A DNA stretch of 64,000 nt, from positions 10,850,001 to 10,914,000 of the forward strand of contig CM060731.1 in assembly GCA_030704615.1 (NCBI GenBank), written 5' to 3'. Of the stretch, positions 24,201 to 36,307 are shown piece by piece. The notes beneath the pieces are model-generated. The model searched no databases. It worked only from the letters and a program-made list of their open reading frames with translations, and was not told the DNA's origin. Positions within the stretch are counted from its first letter, which is position 1; each line of letters opens with the position of its first letter. The DNA is from Takakia lepidozioides (lineage: Eukaryota > Plantae > Bryophyta). Made by a program: the position numbers and the translations under genes.

Positions 24201-27200
24201 CTTGTAGGACCCACTGGAAAATGTAGTTCTGGTTTAGAAACTTTTGCCTAACTCTGGGAATTGCTTTTCTTGGCAAGGGTATCAACATCAAAGAAATGTT
24301 GGAAGGTGCTACTGTCATGGACGAAGCCACAAGAGTACCCTCAGTTAGTGTCTCTCTGACTCTGTCTCCTCTTCTCTTTGTACATCGTCTTCCTACTGTC
24401 TTCTGTTGGCCATATTTATGGTGGAGAAATCTCCTTTCTTTTTTCTTTATATATTGATCAATTGCTTCTTTTCGGGGACAGATTTGTGGTCTAAGGTTGA
24501 TCAGGCTCTCTCTAGAAGTTACTGCCTTGTCACTACACCTTTCTGAGGCTTAGATCATTTTGCAGATCAAGGAAAATCCAGCAGCGCTTCTGGCATTGTG
24601 CTGGTATTGGGCCACTGATGGAGTTGGGGCTAAGGTAAGAGGTGTGAAAATCACATAATCCGTGTGTATAGTATGGGGTTGTCTACTTTGAACCTTCAGT
24701 TGGCATGTCTGAAAATGTGATAAGTTTGGTTGTAGGTGAAAGAACAAGTAGAAGTAGAAGAGCCCCCAGAAAATAAACTTACTACACACACAGGAGGCCA
24801 AGAGGGACTACGGGACAGTAGAAATACCAGAAAACTGAATGAGCTTGTCAAGAAAACAATATTCAAATTCAGACATGTGAGTGGATTCAAGAGTCAAAAT
24901 CTCTTTGATTTGCTCACGGATTCTTAACTTGCTCAGGATATGGTGGTGTTACCCTACAAAGACAGCTTGCTGCTGTTCAGCCGCTACTTGCAGCAGCTAG
25001 TGATGGAGTCAATAGGCAAGGAATTTGATTTGGATGGAAACAAGGTAACTCAATGCCAATCATCTCAGAATTGTTTCATATGCATATTCTCACTCACTGG
25101 TGTCGGAGACTCGTTGATCAAACTGCTGTTGCCTAGAGTTCACGTGTTAGCTCCATCATTGTTCGGTCCTACCGGATGCCATTACAAGTGGTGCCCACAA
25201 TGGCATAGTTTGGTTCTTAATGAAGCCTTTTCTCCCTCGCTTTCTGGGTGCAATCTTGACTTGTCTATCAAAGAAATGTTACAATTATATACTTGTATGA
25301 ATATGTTTTTGTATACATGAACGCATTTGCATAACTTGATTCTATGAACATTGTACCCTGTTTGCACATAAGTGGATCTGAGTGAATGGGTCTGTTTGCA
25401 GGTCAATCAAGGGCTCTCTGTTTATGGAAATAAAGGGAGCACCGACCAGCATGCGTAAGTCTCTGAGCATCTCTTGATCAAAGCTGAATGTCTCCCATAC
25501 AACAGACATTTGTAGGAACCTCTGTTTTCTTGGCCTCTATTGCCATGGGGACGTGCAGGGTGCACTGGTCTGTAAAGTTGCCATTCAAATATTTCGTAGT
25601 TGCAAATCTGGAGCATTGCCATCTTCCAGTCAATGCTCTTTTTATCAAGGTGGTAGTTTGTCTCACGTGTGAGCCTCAGCTTAGCTTGACCTGAAGGTTT
25701 CGTGGCAGTTTGAGCTAGCATACATCTCAAAATCAGTACTGTACTCTGTTTTGGTGATAAATGTGACATTTTCTAGTGTGGATGATTTTGATGTGTAATG
25801 TATATGTATGATACTATATCCTTAGTCTTGTCTAACCTTGACTACTAGAGAAACCAGGGCACAGAAAATGAGAGACCTGTGTGAGAGAGAGCAAGTGGGA
25901 GAGAAGATATGACATGGGTTAGAGGCTGCAGATACATTCAACAGCTAAGAGAAGGGGTCCCCAACTTCTTTGCCACTTTCATAGAGGTTCTACGGGACAG
26001 GCCCCCAGGTCAAGACTGGGAACTGGAGCCAGGTGTGACATGCGGCGATTACTTGTTTGGTATGCTTCAGGTAATCCAGCATACTTCACTCTTCTTGTCT
26101 TCTTCAATTTTCAAGGGAATCCAATTATTGTATTGATTTCCTGGTAACGAACCTGCTTTGACACATCATCTGCTAGGAGCCCAAGTCAATCATTAGTGCA
26201 GTTATAATTTGATGTGTGATTTGGGCGAGTTTTTAGTGTTTGGCCAAGGAAGTTTGTCCACAGGTATGATCAGGTAATTGAACAGTGGTTCATTGGAAGT
26301 CAGACATGTGGGTAATCGACCCGCCCAAAGTTTCCTAGTGACAGCTCATGCAAAAATAGCATGCTCATGTTATCCATCATGAAAAGGGGCTGAATTTGAT
26401 GATGGTAATTTCTTCTGGCAACTGATATTGGAATATTGTGTTGGACAGGGTACAAGATCAGCTTTATATTCAAATAAGAGAGAGTCAATCACTTTGACAG
26501 TGCAGGAGGTGAACACCCAAACTGTTGGAGCCATGATTGCACTCTATGAGCGGGCGGTTGGGCTGTATGCCAGCCTTGTCAACATTAATGCCTACCACCA
26601 ACCTGGTAACACATCTCTCTTTCACTGTTCTAGTATGAGGTGAATGGTGATCATTGTCAGCAAGTTTTCATCAACCATGTGTGTCCCTACGTGCGTCTTG
26701 GCCAAACTTTTGTATCCTCATGGGTGAAAACCATTGACAGACTCTGGTAGATTAGTATAGTACGGAGATTAGTAGGTACATTGCAATCAATACAAGGAAG
26801 ATCCCCAGGGACAATGGACACATACCTATTCCAGTATCTACAAATGCACATTTTGTGCACACACATGGGACATCGTAATATGCAATCATTCAATGTGTAA
26901 TACATATTTGTATTGATCAGGGAGGGTGTGGGTCTCCCTTTGTTCATAGGTGTGGAGGCAGGTAAGAAGGCAGCTGCCGAGGTGCTGGCCCTTCAGAAGA
27001 GAGTTCTTACTGTGCTAAATGATGCCAGGTTCAATTCAACCAGCTTTTTATCTTTTGTCGAAATCCCCAAGTAATACGACAATGGTCAGTTTGGCAATAA
27101 TGATTATTTAATGTGGGCTAGTAAAGTGTCATTCTTCAGCCCATCAAATACAAAATTGCAGGCGTCAACAAAACTCCAGTATCCTGGTCTTGGTTCCACC

Positions 27201-27857
27201 CCTTAGTTCAATTGACAACAATGGCTCAAGATGCATTGTACTCTAGATGTATAGGAGACAAGGGATGAATCACCACACAACGATGTAGAGGATTCAAGTT
27301 TGCAACATGACAGTTCAAGTGTTTCTACATTTTCAATTGCTACTCTAGATATTTTTTTTTAGTTCTTTATTGGTGCATGCAGCTGTAAAGATCCGGTGGA
27401 GCCTTTGACTTTGGAACAAATTGCACAGCGCTGTCAAGCTCCCAAGCAGGTATGGCAGCAGCTCTTTCTGTTTCATTTTCTGTCTCTCTTGCTCCTCCTT
27501 TCCCTTTCTGCTTTGTCCATCCGCGGATGTAATAAAGTACCATTTCATTTCATTTTCTTTACGTTGCTTATTGATGAAAAGTCCACAACAAGCTTGGGAT
27601 GGTTTGTACCCTGTGAGGCAAGATCATATCATATCATATCATATCATATCAATAATTTGGAGAACATGCCGACCAGTACATCTTGCTCTCTTTCTCTCAA
27701 ACATTGGTTTGGGTGTGTGTAGGTGGAGATGATACACAAGATAGTTGCACATATGGCAGCAAATGATCGTGCAGTTTTTGCCGAGGGCAGTTGTGGAACC
27801 CCAAGAAATGCCACAATCTATACGGGGGAGTGTTCTGTTGAAGACTTGTATGACTAG
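21272..27857 (+). CDS. PGI1: Plastidic glucose-6-phosphate isomerase, 14 exons
   Basis: Exons 21272-21868, 22540-22662, 23228-23326, 23588-23671, 23979-24122, 24278-24343, 24566-24634, 24937-25044, 25402-25454, 25932-26070, 26449-26605, 26950-27028, 27383-27449, 27723-27857, all GT-AG. Ser-rich transit peptide. Motifs [62 protein letters not shown]. Confidence 0.97.
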
Positions 27858-28762
27858 ACATCGAATCTAGAAACCCCATGTTCTTCATTTCACAATCCTC
27901 TATCCCAGATGAACAAAGTACTTCATTAGAGCCACAACTAGGCTCACTCTGTCTGGAGAGCTTTGATTGTTTTGTGTAGTGGCTTTGGCACCCATAAATT
28001 TCTTTCTTTGTATCCAATGTTGTCCTAGGATGCACAAGCACATAGAGGTGGATGTTGTGAATGTCTTTTGAACTGTGCAGAGTACGTACCATGTAATTGG
28101 CCACACCCTCTCGCGCTCAATGACACATTTGAGCATCTTTGCCAAGAAGCACTTGCATGTCTACCAGTGTGCTTGAACTGAGCTACCTGTTTAAGACACA
28201 GCTTATAATAGGAGAAGGGCTGCATCTCAAGGCAGTGCAGTCTTTGTATGCAGAATTAGCCTCTTTTCGCCTGCATCCCCATTCACAATGGATCCATGAT
28301 GAACTATCCTAACTGCTCTGTCAGGAATGCTATCATAAGCATATTTGACCAATTATGACCTAACATGCTACCGTGCAACTGTGAATGGTTGAAAGAAAGC
28401 TACAATTGCAGGCAAGGGGCCTGTAGTCCAGGAAGAAGGTGTGCCGCCTCAAAGCATAAATTAATATTGAACTCTGGACATTCAACAAGCCTCTTGCACA
28501 AACATTTTCTACTAGGTTGCTAGGATCACTTCAGCACATAATTCTCGATTATGGCAGCACAGAAAATGGATAATAGCTAACTTTCAAGTTTCCAAAGAAT
28601 TTCTGGACGAACCGTCCAATCCTTTATTTGCTGATGAAAATTTGAAGGAAACCTACTGTCTTTCGAGCTGTTCCTCTTCCCACCTACACTTTTAAGCACT
28701 TTGGCTGCTGTGTCCACTCCCTCTACCCCTTCCAATCTTTACCTTCCCATGCTTTGATAAAT

Positions 28763-30971
28763 CTAGGCCTTCTGAATGACAACAGAATTAATGAGGCCTG
28801 CCCCCTCTACTGTCTGTTTGGAGTCAGTCAGCTGCTTTGGGGGGAACCCCATGGTTTGTAACTGGTATGGACCAGAGCTTCCAGGCCTGGCAGCATCAAT
28901 GAAGCTCCGAATGTCTGCAATAGTATGGGTATGATTGAAGCGTGCCACCATGCGGGTTCCATCCGAGAGCCGTAGCTGTGTACACAAAAATCCATGAATG
29001 GTTTTGATTACAACACATGCAAATATTTCCAAGAGACTAAGGGACAAAACATGGGGCTAGACAAGTGGATGAAGGAAGAACTATACTTAAGAGAGAGAGA
29101 ATGTACTCATGAGAGGTTTGCCATAGCCTTGTGGCCATAAGTCCCGTGCCCAGTTTGAGAGAGAGAATGTACTCATAAGACGTTGTTTGCCGTAGCCTTG
29201 TGGCCATTGACCATGAAACTCTACACTATTTCTGTATGTTATCTTCTTTTCCCAAATTTTCCCTCAGGCAGCAGGAGCCTGGATAGAACCTCTTAATCAT
29301 CACCGCTTGGATTACCATTGTCAGAGAAACGGCCTTCTAATAGTTTTTAAAACAAGTGGATACCTGTATTGAAGTCGAGGGTTTTGCATCATCAACTACT
29401 AAACCCTGAAATGGTTGATTCGCAGCTTCGAGCGTCACTGGGATGGTGACGCTGCTGACTTCCCCAGGAGCTGCTGTTTGACTTGTGCTGCCTAGAGTGC
29501 GCCCGCTTCCTTGGAATGCAACATACTTGGGCTCTGGAGGGGCCTGGCCAAAAACATACAATCACACAGCATATATTCTCCCTTAGAAGGTTATACACCC
29601 TAGGACTGGCAGGGGCTCCAACGTCACACACGTAGTCTATTCATTACAATCAATACATCTCTACAATCTTTTTGGGTGACAACCTCTCAACCCGCACAGC
29701 TAGGATAGAAATTTGAGATGATAGTTGGACATAGAAGCTCCGTCGACACATAATGGCCGCCCATAGAGCTGATGCTTTAGGGTACAAGCATACCTGCCAC
29801 TCTTCATCCTTCTTGACAAGATTGACATGGACTGGAGTATTACGATCAACTGGTTCCAACTCTCGCGGACACTCTGTCTTATTGATGCTCTGCATGTGCA
29901 AACACACACCCCCAACCCCATGTCACCGAAACAGCCTAAGAGTCACAGCTTGGCGATCTTGAAAGTAAGGGAAGGGGAGAGAGATATAGGGAGAGTAAGT
30001 TACATCTAAGAACGGTGCATTGGCAGGATCATCCAGCCTCCGGAGTGGACCATCGTCAACAGTGAACCCATTCCTCCAAAAGGTAATAGTGTGGAAGACA
30101 GGCTCAGGGGTAGGGCGAAGTCCAGTCCCTGCTGCTGCTGCTGCCGCTGGAGTTTCCTCTGGCTGCCGGGGCTCCCCAGAAAGAATACGCCCAGTTCCAC
30201 CAAAACTTCGGTTGCTAGAGGTTCCGACTGCCCTTGGGGGTTCCGGCCCTTCGCGCGCACCGGACTGCCGCACACGATCAAATATTGCATCCACATCTCG
30301 ACTTCCTCTCGAAGGATCTTGAACCATCATACCACTGTCACAGTGAAGATCCACACAAATTATGGTTGATGCCGTGGCAAACACGGTGCAATCCCCAAAT
30401 CACAACTTCAATTTGCAAGTTGCATCGTATAATCAGTTGATACTAGATTCCTTCATTTTACTCCCAAATTCAATGGCAACCCTCACCAGCCTTGCCAGAC
30501 GTGGATTCAAGGGGCTTACCTCTTCTCACCGCCAGTATAATACTCCTGGGGCCCATCCGAGTCGCTGTCCGAATCGGGATGCCGGTTCAAATCAGAGAGA
30601 GTTGTAATCCCTCCACGCGCAGCACTGTTCTTCCTTCCCGCCCCTTTATCCTTGCTCTTAGGTTTACTGGCAAATGATCCAACCCTTTGAGTAGAACCAG
30701 ATGACGGTGGAATCCCCCAGCCAAGAGGACCGCCCAACCCTCCTGGCGCCACAGGAGCTGCAGATGGAGCACTCGTATGCTCGTCCTCTGCATCATAATC
30801 AGTTGGAAGAGGCTCAGTGACGGTCTCTGCTCCCCCCTCAGTCTCAAAGAAGGAATGGATTGCAGAATCCAGTTGCCAGTTGGAGCTTTCTAAGAAAAAT
30901 CTGGCCTGATCTGTTGAAGCTGCTGTGATTCCACAGAACTGAGCAACGGCTTCTTCATTCTTTTCGTCCAT
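28763..30971 (-). CDS. PUX: Plant UBX-domain protein, p47/Shp1-like (UBA-SEP-UBX), 5 exons
   Basis: Exons 30971-30520, 30334-30004, 29889-29794, 29543-29364, 28975-28763. Motifs [71 protein letters not shown]. Confidence 0.95.
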
Positions 30972-31249
30972 AGCTCGGTAGCAATCAATCTTCCTCAAAC
31001 CCTATCTTTTCTCCACAGCTTGAGAAGCAAATCCAGCTATCTACTCTCAATAAATCTTCCAGAAATTTCTATGTAAAGATCTCATGCCCCACATGCAGAA
31101 CCGTCTAGCCTACCCACCACGCCCGCTTTAGAGACTACAAAATATATTTACATACAAAAAGACAAAGTAATTTTTTTTTCTTTTGTTTTTTTTTTTTTTA
31201 ACAGAACGGGGGGATTGTAGCCCTGATAAATTTTATTAATGATATTCTG

Positions 31250-31474
31250 TTTTTTTTTTTTGAAAGGAAACCTGGGAGCGACTGCTCACCCTCGAGGAGG
31301 GGGAAAATTTGACCCCCTTTCAGATAAGCCATTAGGCACACAGGTGGGAAATGTCACCCCCAGACCAATTGGTCACGAACAATCCACACACCAGGCAGGG
31401 CAGCGGGTTTGAACCCTGAACCACCAGGGCGATACCAACCGTGCACTTACCAGCTGAGCTACCAGCCGATGTGC
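31250..31474 (-). mobile_element. tRNA-derived SINE with target-site duplication
   Basis: A box TAGCTCAGCTGG, B box GGTTCAAACC, poly(A) tail. TATTCTGTTTTT flanks both ends (31243 and 31475). Confidence 0.85.
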
Positions 31475-31651
31475 TATTCTGTTTTTCTCTTGGAGAGGTT
31501 TTTACTATTTGAGATCTTATTTTGACTTTTTTAAATGTTTGGATGTTTTCTGTTATACTCATAGGGACAGCACCTTTGACAGACTTATGTCAGACCCTAA
31601 TCAGGCCCTAATCAGGCCTACTCCCACCACCTGACACCTGTACCCTAACTA

Positions 31652-32259
31652 CAGTTAAACCTGGATAAATGTTATGCTCCAAGAGTAGGAACTCTATAAC
31701 AATTAGGCAGTTATATCAAATAACAGTAAAATAGGTCGAAATTTCATAACATAACAATTAGAAATTTAACATTAAAACAGGTCCTTCAGATGTAAGATAA
31801 CATTTAGAGAGAGGGCAGAAGGGCTGAAGGTGTCATCACTTAGTGCTTAACCTACTATTCTCTGTTCCCGTAAACATTCGCAGTACCCTACTAGGAGGTT
31901 CTCGAGGCCCCCCCAAACCCTAACATGCAGCGGTTAGGGTTCTCTTGGCCATTTCAATATTGACATGGCCATCTCAAATGCCCATCTCAAAATTGAAATG
32001 GCCATCTCAATACTTCAAATGCCCATTTCAATACTGAATCTGAACTTGAATACTAGTACCATTTCTATTTTATTATTATTATTTAATTAAATATAAAAAT
32101 TACAGAGGTGTCTTAACAAAGAGGAGAGTAGGTATTCAATAACAAATAACAAATAACACTCTTTTTGTCATTCTTAGTGTATATTTTTACAGAGCAAAAA
32201 ACCATAACATTTAGGATGATATAACAAAAAAAGATGTAACATTTATCCAGGTTTGATTG
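31652..32259. mobile_element. Tc1/mariner (pogo-like) MITE
   Basis: TA|CAGTTAAACCTGGATAAATGTTA ... TAACATTTATCCAGGTTTGATTG|TA: 23-bp imperfect TIRs with TA duplication. Internal short repeats (GCCATYTCAA). Confidence 0.8.
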
Positions 32260-32829
32260 TACCCAAATTGGCCTCAACCATCCCCTATTTAATAGGTATC
32301 ACCTTCTTGCCTTCTTTTCTTGGACCCCTTCATTTCTTGAAATCCCTCTACATAAGCCCCCCACTCTAATTCCTGGACCACTCTAGAATGAACAAGGCCC
32401 ACCCAAACTTGGGGGGCTTATTTATCAAAGCAAATCATGTCTTGTATAAGAGACCCTTCTCCTGCATGAAGAACCATGATATTTTTCTTTTGGTAACGTA
32501 TTTTGTCAGCATGGCAAGGACCTCATGGGAGGGGAGCGGAAGGTACAGTGCAATCTTCTGCCCTATAAACGACCTGAAAATAAACTAAAAAAAATATCAT
32601 GGTTCTTTACATAGAGAGGACAAACTACCCGCGGTTGCCTCAGGAACCGAAAACACAAAGCAATGATGCTAACAAAATACTACCAACAAGGCGAGTGCAA
32701 CAATAGCCTCAGTTTATGTTTTTGTCCAACTCTGGAGGAGAGAGGGCAAAAGGCCAACCCCCAACAATTGGGAAGGTGGATGGCTGAGGAGAACTTTGGG
32801 TGTGGAGGATGTCGCGCCAAGGGGGCGGT

Positions 32830-33070
32830 ACCACACCATCACCATTGCACAAATCGACTGTAGGTTTACTTCAGAACATTGGGTGTTTAGATGTAAATCT
32901 CATTAGGTTCCATTGCTACTTTTCTATCCGTTGGGGGTCACAAAGACAAACATGGGCAGAGCCCCAATTCCAAGGCAGAGATAGACAGCTCACAAGGGTT
33001 TGAACTTCAAACCCATATCCACAGGCCAACACACAGGGGTGTCTTACCCACCGGGCCACAACCCCATTGT
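32830..33070 (-). mobile_element. Possible tRNA-related SINE remnant
   Basis: A-box-like TGGCCCGGTGG and B-box-like AGTTCAAACC on the minus strand. No clear TSD. Confidence 0.35.
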
Positions 33071-33318
33071 GTCATTTTTCATTTTTCATTTGTTTTTAGT
33101 TTTACTAAAAGTTGTGAATTGCCTTCCAACATGAAGGTAGATACGTAGATACCTTTGTGACACCAATCAGTGGATTAGGACCCGCATTTCTGAGCACTCC
33201 CTTTGCATCGTGGATGCACCAGGGAAAGTGGTGGTATGTGGTTACGACTTGGTTGTCGGTACGTGCCCATTACTATTGGGCTACGACTTGGTTGTTGGAT
33301 GTCATATACTTCTTAGCT

Positions 33319-33775
33319 GGTGTCCACCTTCCACTAGGAGGTAGTAGCTCTTCGGGGTTAAGAGACACCATAATTTAGGCTTGCTTTGGCAACATATCCG
33401 CATTTCTTTTAGTGTTCAAAGTAACATCGTTATGAGGGGCTGAGGCACAAAGTTTAAGGGATACTACCCAAGGGTAGACGGGAGAAGATTTAAATACCAG
33501 TGTCAGTTGGTTATTATTTATTTTTGACATCCATCTAGGTAAGGGAAAACAAATCCAATTTCTAATTCTACAAGTTCTAGGTATGAAAGGGTATTAGAAA
33601 AAAATTAAATGGTAGAGTTCAGGTATGAGATGGTTATTTTTTCTTAACAATGTGTATGTTCTAGATATGACATGGGTATTAATATTTAATATTTGACGCC
33701 TCCCAAAGGAAGCGTAAATTATGGTGTCTCGTCACCCCGAAGGGTGACTGCCTTCCGCTAAGAAGGTGGACACCT
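33319..33775. repeat. Inverted pair of a dispersed structured repeat (third copy at ~19979-20027)
   Basis: GGTGTCCACCTTC..CTTCGGGG..GAGACACCATAATTTA at 33319-33382 (+) and 33696-33775 (-). Confidence 0.8.
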
Positions 33776-36307
33776 TTGTGACACCAATCGGTGGATTGAA
33801 CCCACAACCATTTCCAAGGTGGTATGTGTTGTCAGTCATTTCCGCTTCGGTTCCAATGTCGGTTCCTGGGGCAAGGCTACATTATCTCTTGTCTCCTGTA
33901 GCCAGAAACCCTGAGGTTGTCTATGTCATAAATGTCCTCGTAGGAGACGTGATCGGGTGCAGGAGACGCCACCGGTCTAGACTCAACTTTATTGGCGTTA
34001 GTTCTAGTAGTTGCTTTCGCTGATTCTGCTACTGTTTCCAACTGCGAACACACAATACTGATCATGTGGGATAGATGCAGTCATGCCAAGCACTCATCAT
34101 GGATTTATCCACGAGATGCAGAATGCATTGTGTTTAGCTTGCTTGTTGTTATCAAGTTATGCGCATAGGCGAATGAACTTGCTACATTCGATTGCTTGAC
34201 CTGCGGCTTCGTCCGTAGCACGAAACTAACTAAGTTTAACTTAAACTAACTAGATCCTAACTACTAAACCTAGATCCTAACTAAGTTAAACCTAAAGCGA
34301 TCCTAAGTGAGGACCTCCTCGGATGATTCAAGAACACCCTCCTTAGCAGGCTTAATTAAGCACCCATTACCAAAGGGCTACAACTTGGTTGTCAACATGG
34401 GTATTAAAGAATGCTCTAGGCTTACCTCATGGTTATTGAAGGCTGATATCTAAATAAGTTATTGATTCAAATATGATATAGGCCTAGCAAGGATTGGCAC
34501 ACACAATCCCAAAAACAAGTAAATGATTATATCAATGTGTCTGTTAAGGTATATTTAATTACCTGATAAAGTATGGAGACTTATAATGACATTCTATGCT
34601 AGGTGAAAGTTTGCCATTTCTCATGCTATTTGGTTGCCCCTTCTAAATCTATGTAATGGTTCCATTCGGAGCTCTTGCTTTATTTGGGCTGCTTTAAGAG
34701 CTCATACGCTTCGGCATATCTGGAAACCAGATGTAAATTGATTCTCAAGGGTTCTCGCCCCAACATGAGATTAGTTTTGCATATTAATTATGCCGATCTG
34801 TTGACTGAGGGGAAAAATGCCCGGGTGTCCATTTGTAAAGTTGTTTGCAAAAGCTTGGGAGAGAATGCTACACATTCTGACCTCTCCTGAAGCAAGGAGG
34901 ACTTCCTCTACTCACGATTTTCTAACTAGAGGGTTATTTAGTACGACAAGCTCACATGGGAATGGGAACTCGCAGGTGGCAATGATCGTGATGTCATCAA
35001 TAGCTGGCGTTATAGGAAGATTCGCAATAGGATTAAGACGTTGTTTTCTTCCCTTTCCCCTTTCCGGTACACTATTTCGTTGGCGGTGGCTCTGCTTCCT
35101 CGTGGTGTTTTAACTTTTTTTCCACTTCTCTCTTTTTTAATTCAAATTTCAGGGCCTCTATCCCCTATTTCATTACATAAATAAATAAATTTAAATTATT
35201 ATTATTATTATTTGAAAAAACAAAACAAAAACAAAAACAAAAAAAACCTTTGCATTGGGCCTCAATATTCACATAGAGCTACATGATTAGGGCCAGTGTG
35301 GTCATATGACAACTCCCTTTAAGACAGAAGTATCCATTCATAATCCTCAGATTTGACACTGCATATTGCTAAACCTAACGGCGCTCATAAAATGGGTCCA
35401 CATAAATGTATAATATATGTTTGTGCATCAACTACACCAATCATAGGAAGGAATGAATGATTTCATGCATTACACTGATAAGTGTGGTCATTGTCTTCAA
35501 GTAAATTTCTCATGCAACACGACAGTTTTTGGTCCATCTCAACTCCATTGCCCCCATCCCAAGCAATTATATCTTACATACCAATGTTGTGCGGGTTTTT
35601 ATATTTTAGAAAACGAGTTGGGTCGGGTTTTGAAGTTCTCGTGGGATCGGGCCATGCAGTCTACACACCATACGCCAAGCAAATGCATCCAACTATATTA
35701 TGTGCCCTCTCACAAGACCTTGTTCTCCTCAGCAACACAACAATGACGAAGACCAAGACGATCTAATCAACACTCTCTTCACAGGCAATTAGACCACTAG
35801 CATTATCTACCAACATACTTTTGATAAGTTAATCCACAAGATATGCATTGTAGATAATTGTCAGTAGTAGCACATGAATGTGCATGAGGCCTAGATTCCA
35901 TGTCCTCACATGTGCACAAAAGAGACTGCTCCTAGGGATCATCAGATGTGGGTCGTATATTTGTTGTTGTATTTGACGATGCTGGGAATAATCTCTGTTG
36001 ATCACAACCATCCACAGTACCCAAAATCGTTAATTCTCTCTTTTGTCCTACATTAAGACAAGTCCCTCATCAATGTTCAAATAGATGATAAAGCAATACA
36101 CAAATGATTACAAAGACATGTGTCACTTACTAAATGCACTACCGGCGCCATAGAGTACTGCTCCATCTTGATCAAACCAGGCAGTTGATTGTCTGGGATT
36201 TTAACAATATTGGGGATTATTGTTGCAGCCTTTGATAATGTTAACCTTAGAATAGTACATTTTTAAATCTTGGGTTGCTTCTAGCATGGTTATTCTTACC
36301 AACAAGT

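Noticed and set aside
29264-29310. Intronic C/D-box snoRNA (TGATGA..CTGA) in PUX
   Set aside because: The boxes are too close together and there is no terminal stem.
34300-35110. LINE 3' remnant
   Set aside because: Suggestive only. No RT or endonuclease motif was readable.
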